64,000 nucleotides of DNA from an uncultured Actinomycetes bacterium (lineage in GTDB: Bacteria; Actinomycetota; UBA4738; JACQTL01), in the NCBI GenBank assembly GCA_963772375.1, contig CAVYXG010000001.1:787809-851808 (forward strand), read 5' to 3'. Below are positions 49,008 to 59,151 of the stretch, in pieces (positions within the stretch are counted from its first letter, which is position 1; every line of letters starts with the position of its first letter). Below the pieces are notes generated by a model. It did not search any database. It was not told the DNA's origin and worked only from the letters and a program-made list of their open reading frames with translations. The position numbers and the translations under genes were made by a program.

Positions 49008-49081
49008 TCGGGGCGGCGGGATTTGAACCCGCGGCCTCTGCCTCCCAAAGGCAGCGCGCTTCCAAACTGCGCTACGCCCCG
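49008..49081 (-). tRNA. tRNA-Pro (anticodon TGG)
   Basis: Cloverleaf on the minus strand: acceptor CGGGGCG/CGCCCCG, anticodon loop TTTGGGA, T-arm GCGGGTTCAAATCCCGC. Confidence 0.8.
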
Positions 49082-49220
49082 CTGTCCGGCATTGTAGGCG
49101 CGTCACCGGCCGGAACCCGCGCAGCGCTGCGCCGGGGGGTAGGGAGGGGAGAGCCGGACGTGGCGGGCACGGCGGCGGATCGGCGCAGCGCGTTGCGATC
49201 ATTGCGGTACCCGGGGCTGC

Positions 49221-50204
49221 GTGCAACCAAACACGTCAGGCGCGGTGGCGCGGCGTTCGTTGGTCGCCGCTCGGCGGTTGCCGGGCCGGGTCCAGTTCGG
49301 ATATGACCTGTTCGTGCCGGGCGGCGTGGAGCTCTCACGACTCGACAAGATGTACTGGCCGGACGACGGCCTGACCAAGGGCGACCTGATCCGCTACGTC
49401 GAGGCGGTGGGGCCCCAGTTCCTCCGCCACCTCCGCAACCGGCCCCTCACGGTGATCCGGTTCCCGGACGGGATCTCGGGCGGCTCCTTCTACCAGAAGC
49501 AGACGCCCGACTACGCGCCGCCGTGGGTCCGGACCATCACGCTCCCCGCCGACTCCGGTCGGGGCAAGCGCAAGGAGGTCCGGTACGCGCTCTGCAACGA
49601 CCGGCGGACGCTCGTGTGGCTGGCGAACCAGGGCTCCATCGAATTCCACCCGTGGATCTCGCGGGTCGACCGCCTGTGGCGTCCGGAGTACCTGATCATG
49701 GACGTCGACCCGCCGGCCGGGCGGTTCGACCTCGCGGTGCGCACGGCGCTGGTGACGCGGGAGGTGCTGGCGCGGCACGGGCTCGAGTCCTGCGCGAAGA
49801 CATCCGGCGCGAAGGGCGTGCACGTGTACGTACCGCTCCAGCGACGCCACGGGTTCGACGAGGCCTCGCGAGCCGCCGGCGCCCTGGCCGCCGAGGCCGC
49901 CGCGGTGGAACCGAACCTGATCACGGTCCAGTTCATGAAGAAGGAACGGGGCGACCGGGTGTTCCTCGACGCGACCAGGATCGGGCCGGGCAAGCACGTG
50001 GTGAGCGCGTACTCGCCGCGCGCCCGGCCCGGGGGGACCGTGTCGTTCCCGGTGCCGTGGAAGGATCTCGAGCGCATCACGCCGCAGGACTTCACGATCG
50101 CCAACGTCCCGGACCTGATCGGCCGCGACGACCCGTGGCAGGCCTCGATGCCTCCGCTCCAGCGGCTCCCCGCCGAGCTCACCCGGGAGCCTCAGCCCGA
50201 CTGA
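49221..50204 (+). CDS. stand-alone NHEJ LigD polymerase/primase domain (PolDom) protein
   Basis: LigD-Pol hallmarks FPDGISGGSFYQKQ, IEFHPW, LIMDVDPPAG and KTSGAKGVHVYVPL. No ligase or nuclease domain. The start may be internal (about 49350). Confidence 0.75.
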   Translation: MQPNTSGAVARRSLVAARRLPGRVQFGYDLFVPGGVELSRLDKMYWPDDGLTKGDLIRYVEAVGPQFLRHLRNRPLTVIRFPDGISGGSFYQKQTPDYAPPWVRTITLPADSGRGKRKEVRYALCNDRRTLVWLANQGSIEFHPWISRVDRLWRPEYLIMDVDPPAGRFDLAVRTALVTREVLARHGLESCAKTSGAKGVHVYVPLQRRHGFDEASRAAGALAAEAAAVEPNLITVQFMKKERGDRVFLDATRIGPGKHVVSAYSPRARPGGTVSFPVPWKDLERITPQDFTIANVPDLIGRDDPWQASMPPLQRLPAELTREPQPD

Positions 50205-51061
50205 TCGGGCAGATCCCACTCCCCGCGGGCGACGATCCGCACTCCCCCGCCGACGAGCACCGACCATGTGTCGCCGTCCGGCTCGACGGTGACGTGCAGG
50301 CTGCTCGGACGGCCGGCCTCCTCGCCCTGGCGGATGACCATCGACCCGGGCATCCGCCCCAGCCCCCGCGCCGCCAGGTACGCCCCGCACGGGCCTGCGG
50401 CCGACCCGGTCGCAGGGTCCTCCGCCAGCGTGACGCCGGGCGCGAACAGCCGGGCCTTCGCGCCCTCCTCGGTCACCGCGAACAGGTACAGCGCATCGCA
50501 CTCGAGCTCCGCGTTGATCGCGCCGACCTCCCGCGGCCGCATCTCCGCCCGGGCGACGGCGTCCGGAGTGCGAACGGGAACCATGAGGTGCAGCAGGCCG
50601 GTCGACACCGCCTGGGGCGGGGTCGCGGGGTCGAGGTCGTCCTGGGTGAGGCCGATCGCGGCGGCGATGCGCTCTGGGTCGTTCAGCTCCAGGCCGAACT
50701 CCGGCGGGAGCTGCCGAACGCTCGCGGTTCCCTCCTCGAGGTCGACCTCCACGGCGAACTCCCCCGCCGCCACCTCCTGGGTGGCCTTCGGGCCGATCAG
50801 CCCATCGGCCGCGAGGACGAATGCCGTCCCGAGGGTCGGGTGGCCGGCGAACGGCATCTCGTAGCCGGGCGAGAAGATCCGCATGCGGTACCGGCCGGGT
50901 TCGGCGTGCGTGACGAACGTCGATTCGCTGAACCCGATCTCGCGGGTGAGCGCCTGCATCCTGTCGCCGTCGAGCCCAGCGGCGTCGGGAACGACCATCA
51001 GCTGGTTCCCGGCCAGCGGCCGCGGCGTGAACACGTCGGCGATGACGAACGGAACCCGCAT
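50192..51061 (-). CDS. PhzF family phenazine-biosynthesis-like isomerase
   Basis: MRVPFVIADVFT...GNQLMVV...ESTF are PhzF/DAP-epimerase-fold motifs. The ORF's upstream extension is translation of the antisense tRNA-Gly and was rejected. Confidence 0.8.
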   Translation of the reverse strand: MRVPFVIADVFTPRPLAGNQLMVVPDAAGLDGDRMQALTREIGFSESTFVTHAEPGRYRMRIFSPGYEMPFAGHPTLGTAFVLAADGLIGPKATQEVAAGEFAVEVDLEEGTASVRQLPPEFGLELNDPERIAAAIGLTQDDLDPATPPQAVSTGLLHLMVPVRTPDAVARAEMRPREVGAINAELECDALYLFAVTEEGAKARLFAPGVTLAEDPATGSAAGPCGAYLAARGLGRMPGSMVIRQGEEAGRPSSLHVTVEPDGDTWSVLVGGGVRIVARGEWDLPDQSG

Positions 51062-51109
51062 AGCGGGAGTATCGCAGGGGCACCGGCCGGTAGACTCAGA
51101 CGTCGCCAC

Positions 51110-51183
<74 letters not shown>

Positions 51184-51310
51184 CAGGTCAAGGCGCGTTT
51201 GCGCTGGTCAGAGGCCATGCGCGCTCCCCTCCCCGTTCCTCGTCCTTCCCCACCATTCGGCACAGCGTTGCGGCTCGCGGCCCGGACGCGGCCGGGTGTC
51301 GAACCCGTGG

Positions 51311-52615
51311 TCAGACCCGAATGAAGCGTGCCCACCGCGACCACGCCGGGGCGTTGCCCTCGCCGCCGCGCCAGCCGACCCGCACCCGGTACTTCGTTCC
51401 GTTCATTACTCCGGAGGTCATGAACACGGAGAGCCGGCTGTGCGCGTCGAGGGTGGCATCCTGCCGTAGGTAGGGGTGCCACCCGGCCGCATCCTTGCGC
51501 TCCCATATGAACACCGCCCCCCCTCCCGGGTGGACGGGGAGGACGGCGGCCACGTAGTGGGGTGTCGCCGAGCGTCCGTACCGGGCGTAGCCACGCTCCG
51601 TGGCCTGCGACCCCATCAGCCGGCCTGCCACCTTCGCCCGGACGGAGACCGCCGCCGTCGCGCTCGCCGCCGGCAGATAGCAGTTGTCGCCCGAAGAGCG
51701 CACGAGGAGCGAGGTCCGCTGCTCCAGCCGAACGTGGAACGAGATCGTTCCGTCCGCTTTCGGGTCCCCACGCCCGACCGCGGACCACGCGGACCCCGGC
51801 GTCTTCCGGTACAGCGTCAGGCTCGCCCCCGCGGCGAATCGGGAGAGGCGAGCGGTCAGCGAGAGCCGGTGGCGGTACGGCACGATCCGGGGAGGCGGTG
51901 CCAGGCGGAGGACGGTCTTCGTTCTCATCGTGTGAATGGCGACCGACGCCGTGGCCGGCTGGCTCCCGAGCTGCCCGTCCGAGGCTCGGTAACTGAACCG
52001 GTCGCTTCCGTTGCAGAGGATGGCCGGTGGCGTGTACGTCACCGGGGCGGCGCAGCCGTCCCCATCGCAGTGCCGCGGGCCGACGGTCCCGATGGAACCG
52101 CTCGACGGCTGGCTCGCCGTGAAGTTGAGAGCGTCCCCGTCGGGATCCGACGCGGAGAGCGTGAGCGTGACCGGTTGGCCACGTGATGTGGTGCCTGACG
52201 CCGGCGCGGCGTCCGGCGGGCTGTTGACGACGTCGACGGGCGCCGACGTGGCCGGCCGGCTCCTGGCGCCCCCGTTCGACGCGACCACCTTCACGGAGAT
52301 GCGGTCGCCCCGGTCGCCGTTGCCGGTCCCCGACAGGTCGAGCGTCCGGCCACTCCGTCCGGAGAGGAGAACGCCGTTTCGGAGCCACTGGTAGGACAAC
52401 GTGATGGCGTAGCCCTGCGGGTCGGTGGCATCGACCACCGCGGTCACGGTGGTATCGGTGGACGGATGGGCGGGCGCGACCGTGACCGACTGGATGACGG
52501 GGGGTCGAGGACGGCGCCCGGGGGCCGCCGCGGCTGGGGAGGAGAGCGAGACCACGACGAGCCCGATCAGGATCGACGGGAGGGAACGGTTCCGGGGCCG
52601 GAGAAGGCTCGTCAT
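51311..52615 (-). CDS. secreted protein with tandem Ig-like/cadherin-like beta domains
   Basis: Signal peptide LLRPRNRSLPSILIGLVVVSLSSPAAAAP. Repeated T/S/V-rich beta-strand segments. ATG by residue count (M90 of the track ORF). Confidence 0.5.
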   Translation of the reverse strand: MTSLLRPRNRSLPSILIGLVVVSLSSPAAAAPGRRPRPPVIQSVTVAPAHPSTDTTVTAVVDATDPQGYAITLSYQWLRNGVLLSGRSGRTLDLSGTGNGDRGDRISVKVVASNGGARSRPATSAPVDVVNSPPDAAPASGTTSRGQPVTLTLSASDPDGDALNFTASQPSSGSIGTVGPRHCDGDGCAAPVTYTPPAILCNGSDRFSYRASDGQLGSQPATASVAIHTMRTKTVLRLAPPPRIVPYRHRLSLTARLSRFAAGASLTLYRKTPGSAWSAVGRGDPKADGTISFHVRLEQRTSLLVRSSGDNCYLPAASATAAVSVRAKVAGRLMGSQATERGYARYGRSATPHYVAAVLPVHPGGGAVFIWERKDAAGWHPYLRQDATLDAHSRLSVFMTSGVMNGTKYRVRVGWRGGEGNAPAWSRWARFIRV

Positions 52616-52842
52616 CGGCACTCCACGAGCGGTGGCGCGGAGCACAGTATCGCAGGCGGCGCCGCGTGGGCAGCCCCGTTCGCACACTTGCCGGGTCCCC
52701 CGCCCGAGTGGATCCACGTCCGGCGTGGGGACGTGCGGGCTCCGGATAGGGGACCCCCGTCCGTGGGCTGGTCGGACGCGGGCGGCACCCGTAGCATGCG
52801 GCCCCCGGCGTCCCGCGCCGGCGTCGAGAAAGGAGGCCCGAC

Positions 52843-53679
52843 GTGCGCACCTCGACCCCACGCCGCGCTCCGATCGTCGCACTCGTGGCCGCGATCCTGC
52901 TGGCGACCGCCCCCGCGGTCGCCTCCGCCGTCGTCGCGTTCGCCAGGAACGCCGGGCGCGTGGACGGCTTCTCGGCGGTGAAGGCGACCGCGTCCCTCCG
53001 GGACCGGAGCGGCAAGCTCGTCGCCACGAGCCGGACCACGGGCCGGCTCCCGAACGACATCATCGCCGAGGCCCCCAACGCCAATCGCCTTGACGGCCTC
53101 GACTCCTCCGCCTTCGTGCGGAACCGGGGGTTCGTCGTGGTCTCGGTGCCCTGGACGGGCTGGAGGGCCGGCGGCGGTTCGGCTTCCGATTTCCACGTGA
53201 GCACGTTCGCCCAGGAGACCCAGGTCCACAAGGCGACCGCGGGCTCGAACCAGTTCGCCGAGGTGGGCCCCGAGCTGCCGGTGGCGATGTACGGGCGGAG
53301 GCTGGAGGTCCGGTCGGTTCAGGTCTGCTACGACGCCACCGACCCCAACGTGACCCTCGACGCCTTCTTCTTGAACGCGTTCGATGACACCGCGGGGGTG
53401 GGGAGCCCCGCGGTCGTGTCGCTCGTCGACGCGACGAACCGCCACGATCGCGCGTGCCGCCGGTACACCTTCGCCACTCCCGTGCTCATGACCCCGAGCC
53501 GGGTCATCGACATCGTCCTTCGGATCGACTTCGCGGGCCCCGGCACCATGCTGATCGGGCGAACGACCTTCGTCCTGCGGATCTCGGGTGCCGCCCCCGC
53601 CCCTCCCGCCGGCGGGCCGCGAACCGTCCTCTCGCCCGCAACCGGTGGTGGAGGCGGGACGGCTCCAACACCACCCTGA
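52843..53679 (+). CDS. hypothetical secreted protein
   Basis: Signal peptide APIVALVAAILLATAPAVASA. The Pro/Gly-rich C-terminal tail may be out of frame. Confidence 0.4.
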   Translation: MRTSTPRRAPIVALVAAILLATAPAVASAVVAFARNAGRVDGFSAVKATASLRDRSGKLVATSRTTGRLPNDIIAEAPNANRLDGLDSSAFVRNRGFVVVSVPWTGWRAGGGSASDFHVSTFAQETQVHKATAGSNQFAEVGPELPVAMYGRRLEVRSVQVCYDATDPNVTLDAFFLNAFDDTAGVGSPAVVSLVDATNRHDRACRRYTFATPVLMTPSRVIDIVLRIDFAGPGTMLIGRTTFVLRISGAAPAPPAGGPRTVLSPATGGGGGTAPTPP

Positions 53680-53852
53680 CCCGCCTTTCGCTCCCGAGCG
53701 CACGCGTCGCCGACGTCGGATCTCGAACTCACGGAACGGACAGCATCCGGGAGCGACTCGGCCACTCGAGCATCACGGTTGCGATGGACCGGTACGGAGG
53801 CCCGCTCCCGCGCCTGGACGAGGCCATGGCTCGAGGCGTCGGACGACCCTGA
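53667..53852 (+). pseudogene. tyrosine recombinase (phage-type integrase) C-terminal fragment
   Basis: ...RTHGTDSIRERLGHSSITVAMDRYGGPLP matches the conserved integrase C-terminus (LGHssi.tT.d.Y.H) containing the catalytic Tyr region. No N-terminal or core domain upstream. Confidence 0.5.
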
Positions 53853-53944
53853 TCGGCCGAGCTTCCGCCGGAGGCCCGTCTCTTGACAGCCCTGGCCGGA
53901 ACGGCGACATTCCCGCTCCAACAGCGGAACCAGGGAGGGAGGCC

Positions 53945-56070
53945 ATGCGCCACCGGCGCGGCGGATGCGACACGGTCGCCGCTCGTCCCGGCCGCGCTGC
54001 CCGAGCGATCGCCGTCGGGGTCGTCGCGATCGGGTTGGTCGCCGCGACCCCGGTGCCATCGCCGGCCGACCACCTCGACGCGACCCACGGATCCTCGCAG
54101 TGGCACCATCGGCAGTCCCACTCCAATTGGCGCGGTGGGGATGCCGTCCGCGACGGCACCCTCCGGTTGCTCCACCACCCCCCGCCGCCGGTGCGCCGGC
54201 GCGGGACGTTCGACTGCGGGCCGAACCGGACGCAACTCCCCCACCTGCTGTCCACGAGGCACTTCCAGATCCGGTACGGGACGATCGGCGGCGGGCTGAG
54301 GGCCGCCATGTACGGGGCTGCGTTGGAGCACGCCTACTCGGTGGAGGTCACCTCGTTCGGATGGGCGAAGCCGCCGGTCATGAGCGGTCACCACCTCCCC
54401 CAGGGGCGCTACCCGATCCGGATCGAGCGCCAGGCGCTCGGCGATTACGGGTTCACCAACTCAGTCGGAACGTGGGCGGGACCGGTCGGCGACAACCCCG
54501 CCACGCCCTGGCGCGAGGCGGACGCGGAGGCCTCGTGCATGTCGCTCCGCAACAACTTCTCGTCCTCGCTCGAGATGCGCGTGACGGCCGCCCACGAGTT
54601 CGTCCACCTGATCCAGTACGGACTGGGAGTGCTCGACGTCGACAGCGAGCCCGATGACTCGTTCATCGAGGGCACCGCGGCGTGGATGGAGGGTGAGGTG
54701 GTCCCCCCCGTCCCATGACGCAGAGCAGTATCTGTGGCCGGACATCACGAGGAGCATGGGGGACTTTCCGTCGAATGGAACCGACGAGTACGGGTACTGG
54801 CTGGCCTTTCGGGGGATCACGGAGCGGTTCGGGACGGGGAGGGCCGGCGGCGGCGAGGACGTCATGCAGGCCGCGTGGGAGGCCATGAGCAAAGGAAAGG
54901 AGGAGCTTCCCGCGATGTCCGTGGGCGTGGCGTCCAAGAGCGCCACCCTGGGGGCGGCCTACCACGGCATGGCGGTCGCCTACCGATTCTCGAAGAAATG
55001 CGAGGGTGGGTACGAGCATCCGTTCTGCTTCGTCGATGGCGACCGCTACGTCGCCAGTCCCGGCCGGACTCCCGTAACGGGGGTGGTCACCCTCGACACG
55101 CCGTACGACGGACACATCCGCGCCGACTACTCGGCGAACTGGGTCCGCCTGCCCTCGTCGGCGAAGCCGATCACGGTCACGGTGCGGAGCACGGGCCAGG
55201 GCAAGCTCCGCGCGAGCATCGACTGCGACACCGGGTCCAGGATCCGGGACGTGCCCATCCCCGGCGTCATCACGCCCGCGATCCGCCAGAGTGGCGTCCG
55301 CCTCAACCTGTCGAGCTGTGCCGGCCCCGCCTACGTCACGGTGACCGACGAGCGCGTGTCCGCTCCCAACCCCGACGACTCCCCACTGGACCCCTTCGAG
55401 GTGAGCGTCGACGTCCAGCCCGACCTCGACGGGACGTTCATCTGGTCGACGACGAGGCACCACGAGTCGTCGGACCCGCTCGACACGATCACGGAGGACG
55501 GGACGAACGAGGGCTCGGCGACGGTCCACCTGGTGCCCGCCGACCCGAACTCCGGCGGCTACGCGGTCAAGGACAGCGGGGCCTCGACGTTCACCTACAG
55601 CTACTCGTTCACCCAGGTGATCGAGAGCTCCGGGCCGAACGGCACCTGCACGACCACGAGCACCCAGACCGCGGGACGCCAACGGGAAGTTCTCGACCTA
55701 CTCGTCACCCGCCGGGGATGCGTTCCTGGACGCGAGTATCGAGCCCGGTCCCACTCTCGATGCGTCGACCGACATCATCGGGATTCAAATGACCATCCCC
55801 GTCGTGGTCGACATCCACAACGAAGGGCACGGGTCGGACCCGGACTGCCCGTTCACGTTCGACGACCAACGTGACGAGGACGGGCCGATCATCGACTTCG
55901 TCGGGTTCAAGTGCGAACCACAAGGCGTGGTGAACGGGCCGTACCCCTCCACGTTCGAGGGCAATTGGAGGGACCAGCAGCGGACGTTCCAGTTCGCCTG
56001 CAGCGTGGACGTGAACGACTCTGCCGGGACCGGCAACCTCACGCTCACCGGCCAGCTCGCCGCGAGCTGA
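53945..56070 (+). pseudogene. secreted zinc metallopeptidase-like protein (HEFVH) disrupted by two frameshifts
   Basis: Signal peptide. HEFVHLIQYG (HExxH). Frame switches at a C7 homopolymer (~54700) and at a G-run (~55677). Removing one base at each restores a continuous ~700-aa protein ending ...TLTGQLAAS. Confidence 0.55.
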
Positions 56071-56103
56071 CCCGGGCGGGCCTCAATACCCTCGGTGGTG
56101 GGC

Positions 56104-56352
56104 CTACCACCGAGTCAGGTCCCAGATGCCCTTCAACGCTCGGAGCGCGGCCACGTCCCGCTCCTCGGCCATTCGCACCCGGCGCGCGAGGGATCCCCCG
56201 GGGGTCCCTGACCGGTGCTCCTCCCACCAACGCTTGGTGACCCGGTCGAACCATACCGCCGCTCCGACCACGGCACCGACCACCACCACCGTCGTCACCG
56301 TGGTGACTCGTCGAGCCGTGGCCTCCGAGATCTGCGGGCCGGATTCCTCCAT
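56104..56352 (-). CDS. small single-pass membrane protein (hypothetical)
   Basis: 82-aa tail of a long spurious ORF, MEESGPQISEATARRVTTVTTVVVVGAVVGAAVWF. Weak support. Confidence 0.3.
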   Translation of the reverse strand: MEESGPQISEATARRVTTVTTVVVVGAVVGAAVWFDRVTKRWWEEHRSGTPGGSLARRVRMAEERDVAALRALKGIWDLTRW

Positions 56353-56541
56353 GGATGATCGAGGGCCCTCCTGCACGAGAACGATGTACCACGATCTCCT
56401 CCGGGCCGTCCTCCTGGGCACGCTCCTCCGCAGCCCGGGCGAAGTGTTCGGCCGCGTCTCGACGAACCCGTGGCACACTGGTGCACGTCGGGCATGCGGC
56501 CGCCGAGCACGTTGGTCGGTGGTCATGTTGCGGGAGGAACG

Positions 56542-57876
56542 GTGCGAAAGCTGGTGAACCTTCGCGGACGACCGACGGCAGTGATCGTCGGAACCCTGGC
56601 CACCCTCTGTCTGCTGGCCACCGCCTGCCAGTCGTCCGGCCCGACCGGCGGGCAGCACCAGGGCGGCGGGACGAGCGGCCCGGGCGGCGTGACCGGCGGC
56701 GGCACGAGCGGACCCCCGCCCAGCCCCCCCAAGCCGCACAGCGTCGCCCGGTTGCGGATCACCCCGGTGAGCGGCAAGCAGGCCGCGCTGCCCGATTCCG
56801 GGATCACCGTCACGGCGACGGACGGAAAGATCACCAAGGTCAGGGTGAAGACCGACGGCGAGCCGGTCACCGGCCACGTCGACGCCGGTCACACGACCTG
56901 GCAGAGCGACTGGGCGCTCGAGACCTCGTCGAAGTACACGGTCCGAGCCACGGCGGTCGACGCGAAGGGCCTGAAGGTCTCGAAGACGAGCACGTTCCAG
57001 ACCCTCACGCCGGACGACTCGTTCCGGACGGTCATCTTCGAGGGATACCAGAAGACGTACGGCGTGGGGATGCCGATCATCCTGAACTTCGACAAGCCCA
57101 TCGAGAACAAGGAGGCGGTCGAGCGCTCCCTCGTGCTGCAGACGTCGAAGCGGGTCGTCGGGGCCTGGTACTGGGACGGCGACTCGACGATGTTCTTCCG
57201 CCCGCGGGGGTACTGGCCGGACCACACGACCGTGAAGTTCACCGGGCATCTCGACGGCGTGCTGGGCGCACCCGGCGTGTACGGCGTGCACACGCTGACG
57301 CAGACGTTCCGCATCGGACGGTCGCTGGTGGCGGTGGCCAGCACCACCGACCACCACATGCAGGTCTTCCTCGACCGCAAGCTGCTCGGGGACTGGCCCA
57401 TCTCGACCGGCAAGCCCGGCGACGAGACGGCCAACGGGACCTACCTCACGATCACCAAGGCGAACCCCGAGGAGATGATCGGGGACGACTACGACATCCT
57501 GGTTCCGTTCTCGGTGCGGATCACGTGGTCGGGGGCGTTCGTCCACGCGGCGCCGTGGTCGCTGGGCGAGCAGGGTCGCGTGAACGTGAGCCACGGCTGC
57601 GTGAATCTCTCGCCGACGAACGCAGAGACCTACTACAACCTGGCCGTCCCCGGGGATCCCGTGACCGTGACCGGGAGTCCCAGGGGCGGCGAGTGGGACA
57701 ACGGCTGGACGGTGTGGTTCCTGTCGTGGAAGGACGTCCTGGACGGAACCGCCACCCACCAAGCGGTCAAGGCCAATGCGAAGGGGAGCACGTTCGTCGA
57801 CCCGTCGACGCTCCCCCAGGTCAAGCTCCACTCCCCGCTCGACGGGCCGCGCCCGGACAACTCGGTCTCGGCATAG
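56542..57876 (+). CDS. L,D-transpeptidase lipoprotein (LdtMt2/YkuD-like) with Ig-like domains
   Basis: GTG start 6 nt after GGGAGG. Lipobox LLATAC. Catalytic domain ...FVHAAPWSLGEQGRVNVSHGCVNLSP (His...SHGC). Confidence 0.8.
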   Translation: MRKLVNLRGRPTAVIVGTLATLCLLATACQSSGPTGGQHQGGGTSGPGGVTGGGTSGPPPSPPKPHSVARLRITPVSGKQAALPDSGITVTATDGKITKVRVKTDGEPVTGHVDAGHTTWQSDWALETSSKYTVRATAVDAKGLKVSKTSTFQTLTPDDSFRTVIFEGYQKTYGVGMPIILNFDKPIENKEAVERSLVLQTSKRVVGAWYWDGDSTMFFRPRGYWPDHTTVKFTGHLDGVLGAPGVYGVHTLTQTFRIGRSLVAVASTTDHHMQVFLDRKLLGDWPISTGKPGDETANGTYLTITKANPEEMIGDDYDILVPFSVRITWSGAFVHAAPWSLGEQGRVNVSHGCVNLSPTNAETYYNLAVPGDPVTVTGSPRGGEWDNGWTVWFLSWKDVLDGTATHQAVKANAKGSTFVDPSTLPQVKLHSPLDGPRPDNSVSA

Positions 57877-57969
57877 CACGGGCGTGCCGCCCCGCGTGGG
57901 CGACGATGAGGTCATGATCGGTCAGCTGGGGAAGCTCCTCCGCCATGACCGACTCGACAGGATGCTGCG

Positions 57970-58419
57970 GTGACCCGCTCGTACGGTTCAGACGACATCT
58001 CCATCACCAGGGGCCAGGCGCGCTACGTCTCCTGGGTGTCGGAGGTGCTGCTGGACATCGTCATCCTGAACCTCTTCGTCGAGTACATCCATACGATCGT
58101 CATCGACTCCTTCGCGATCTCGGTGCTGACTGCGCTCCTGCTCAAGCTGGCGATCGACGCGGTCAAGGGTCTGGAGCGTCGTGTCGCCGGGTACTTCCAG
58201 TCCAAGGAGGGCGCGGTCTGGAGAGCCCTCGGGCTCATGGCGGTGTTCTCCATCCTGTTCCTGAGCAAGTTCGCGATCCTCGAGGCGGTCAACATCGTGT
58301 TCGGGGACCACGTTCAGCTCGGTCACTTCGTCGAGATCGTCGCCATCATCCTCACGATGTTGGCGGCCAGCGCGCTGATGCGGTTCGTCTACCGGCGGCT
58401 GGGCCACCGCAGCGCCTAG
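57970..58419 (+). CDS. hypothetical small membrane protein
   Basis: 149 aa, 3-4 hydrophobic helices. GTG start. Confidence 0.45.
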   Translation: MTRSYGSDDISITRGQARYVSWVSEVLLDIVILNLFVEYIHTIVIDSFAISVLTALLLKLAIDAVKGLERRVAGYFQSKEGAVWRALGLMAVFSILFLSKFAILEAVNIVFGDHVQLGHFVEIVAIILTMLAASALMRFVYRRLGHRSA

Positions 58420-58480
58420 GGAAGTCGGGCTGCCCGGCTTCCGGCCGCATCCCTTCCCCTTGCTACAGTCGAACCCGCCG

Positions 58481-58555
58481 GCGCCGGTAGCTCAGTCAGG
58501 ACAGAGCGGCTGCCTTCTAAGCAGCGGGTCGGAGGTTCGAGTCCTCCCCGGCGCA
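58481..58555 (+). tRNA. tRNA-Arg (anticodon TCT)
   Basis: GCGCCGGTAGCTCAGTCAGGACAGAGC GGCTGC CTTCTAA GCAGC ... GGAGGTTCGAGTCCTCC CCGGCGCA. Confidence 0.8.
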
Positions 58556-58671
58556 CTCGTCCCGATTGTGGCTTTCGCAAGCCACGATCGGCCAGGCTTG
58601 CTCACGGCTCCGGGGAAGACCTCCCCGGACACTGTTCACATTCTGGCCGGCTCAGACCACTGTAAGGAAAC

Positions 58672-59151
58672 ATGAGTGCGCGCGTCGGCGAGGAAAGCGC
58701 CCAGGAAACGATCGAACGGCTCTTCTCGAGCCTGTCGCCCACCATGTGGCGGGCCGTCCTCGGCTATACGGGGGACCCGGACATCGCCGCCGATGCGGTG
58801 GCCGAGGCGTTCACCCTTGCTCTTGAGCACCCGGATGACATCCGTTCTCCGTCCGGGTGGCTCTGGCGCGTGGCTTTCCGCCTCGCCACCGAGGAGGTCA
58901 AGCGTCGTCGGAAGACGAGTGGGGACGTGCCTGACCGACCTCTCGTCTCGGAAGAGCCCGCGGTCGACATCCTCCAGGCTCTGAGCCGCCTTTCCTCACG
59001 TCAACGTGGAGCCATCGTGCTCCATTACTACGCCGACCAGCCGGTTGCCGAGGTCGCTCGAATCCTCGGCTCGACACCGGCGGCAGTCCGGGTCCACCTG
59101 ATGCGTGGCCGTAACCACCTCCGAGACCTGCTCGAGGAGCACGATGGATGA
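58672..59151 (+). CDS. ECF (sigma-70 family) RNA polymerase sigma factor
   Basis: Region 2 (DIAADAVAEAFTLAL, WLWRVAFRLA) and region 4 (LSSRQRGAIVLHYYADQPVAEVARILGSTPAAVRVHLMRGRNHL). Confidence 0.85.
   Translation: MSARVGEESAQETIERLFSSLSPTMWRAVLGYTGDPDIAADAVAEAFTLALEHPDDIRSPSGWLWRVAFRLATEEVKRRRKTSGDVPDRPLVSEEPAVDILQALSRLSSRQRGAIVLHYYADQPVAEVARILGSTPAAVRVHLMRGRNHLRDLLEEHDG

Noticed and set aside
56104-57915. 603-aa minus-strand ORF antisense to the L,D-transpeptidase
   Set aside because: Low-complexity, Arg-rich translation. The plus-strand frame has a clear lipobox and catalytic motif. Only the last 82 aa (56104-56352), lying outside the ldt gene, were kept as a weak small-protein candidate.
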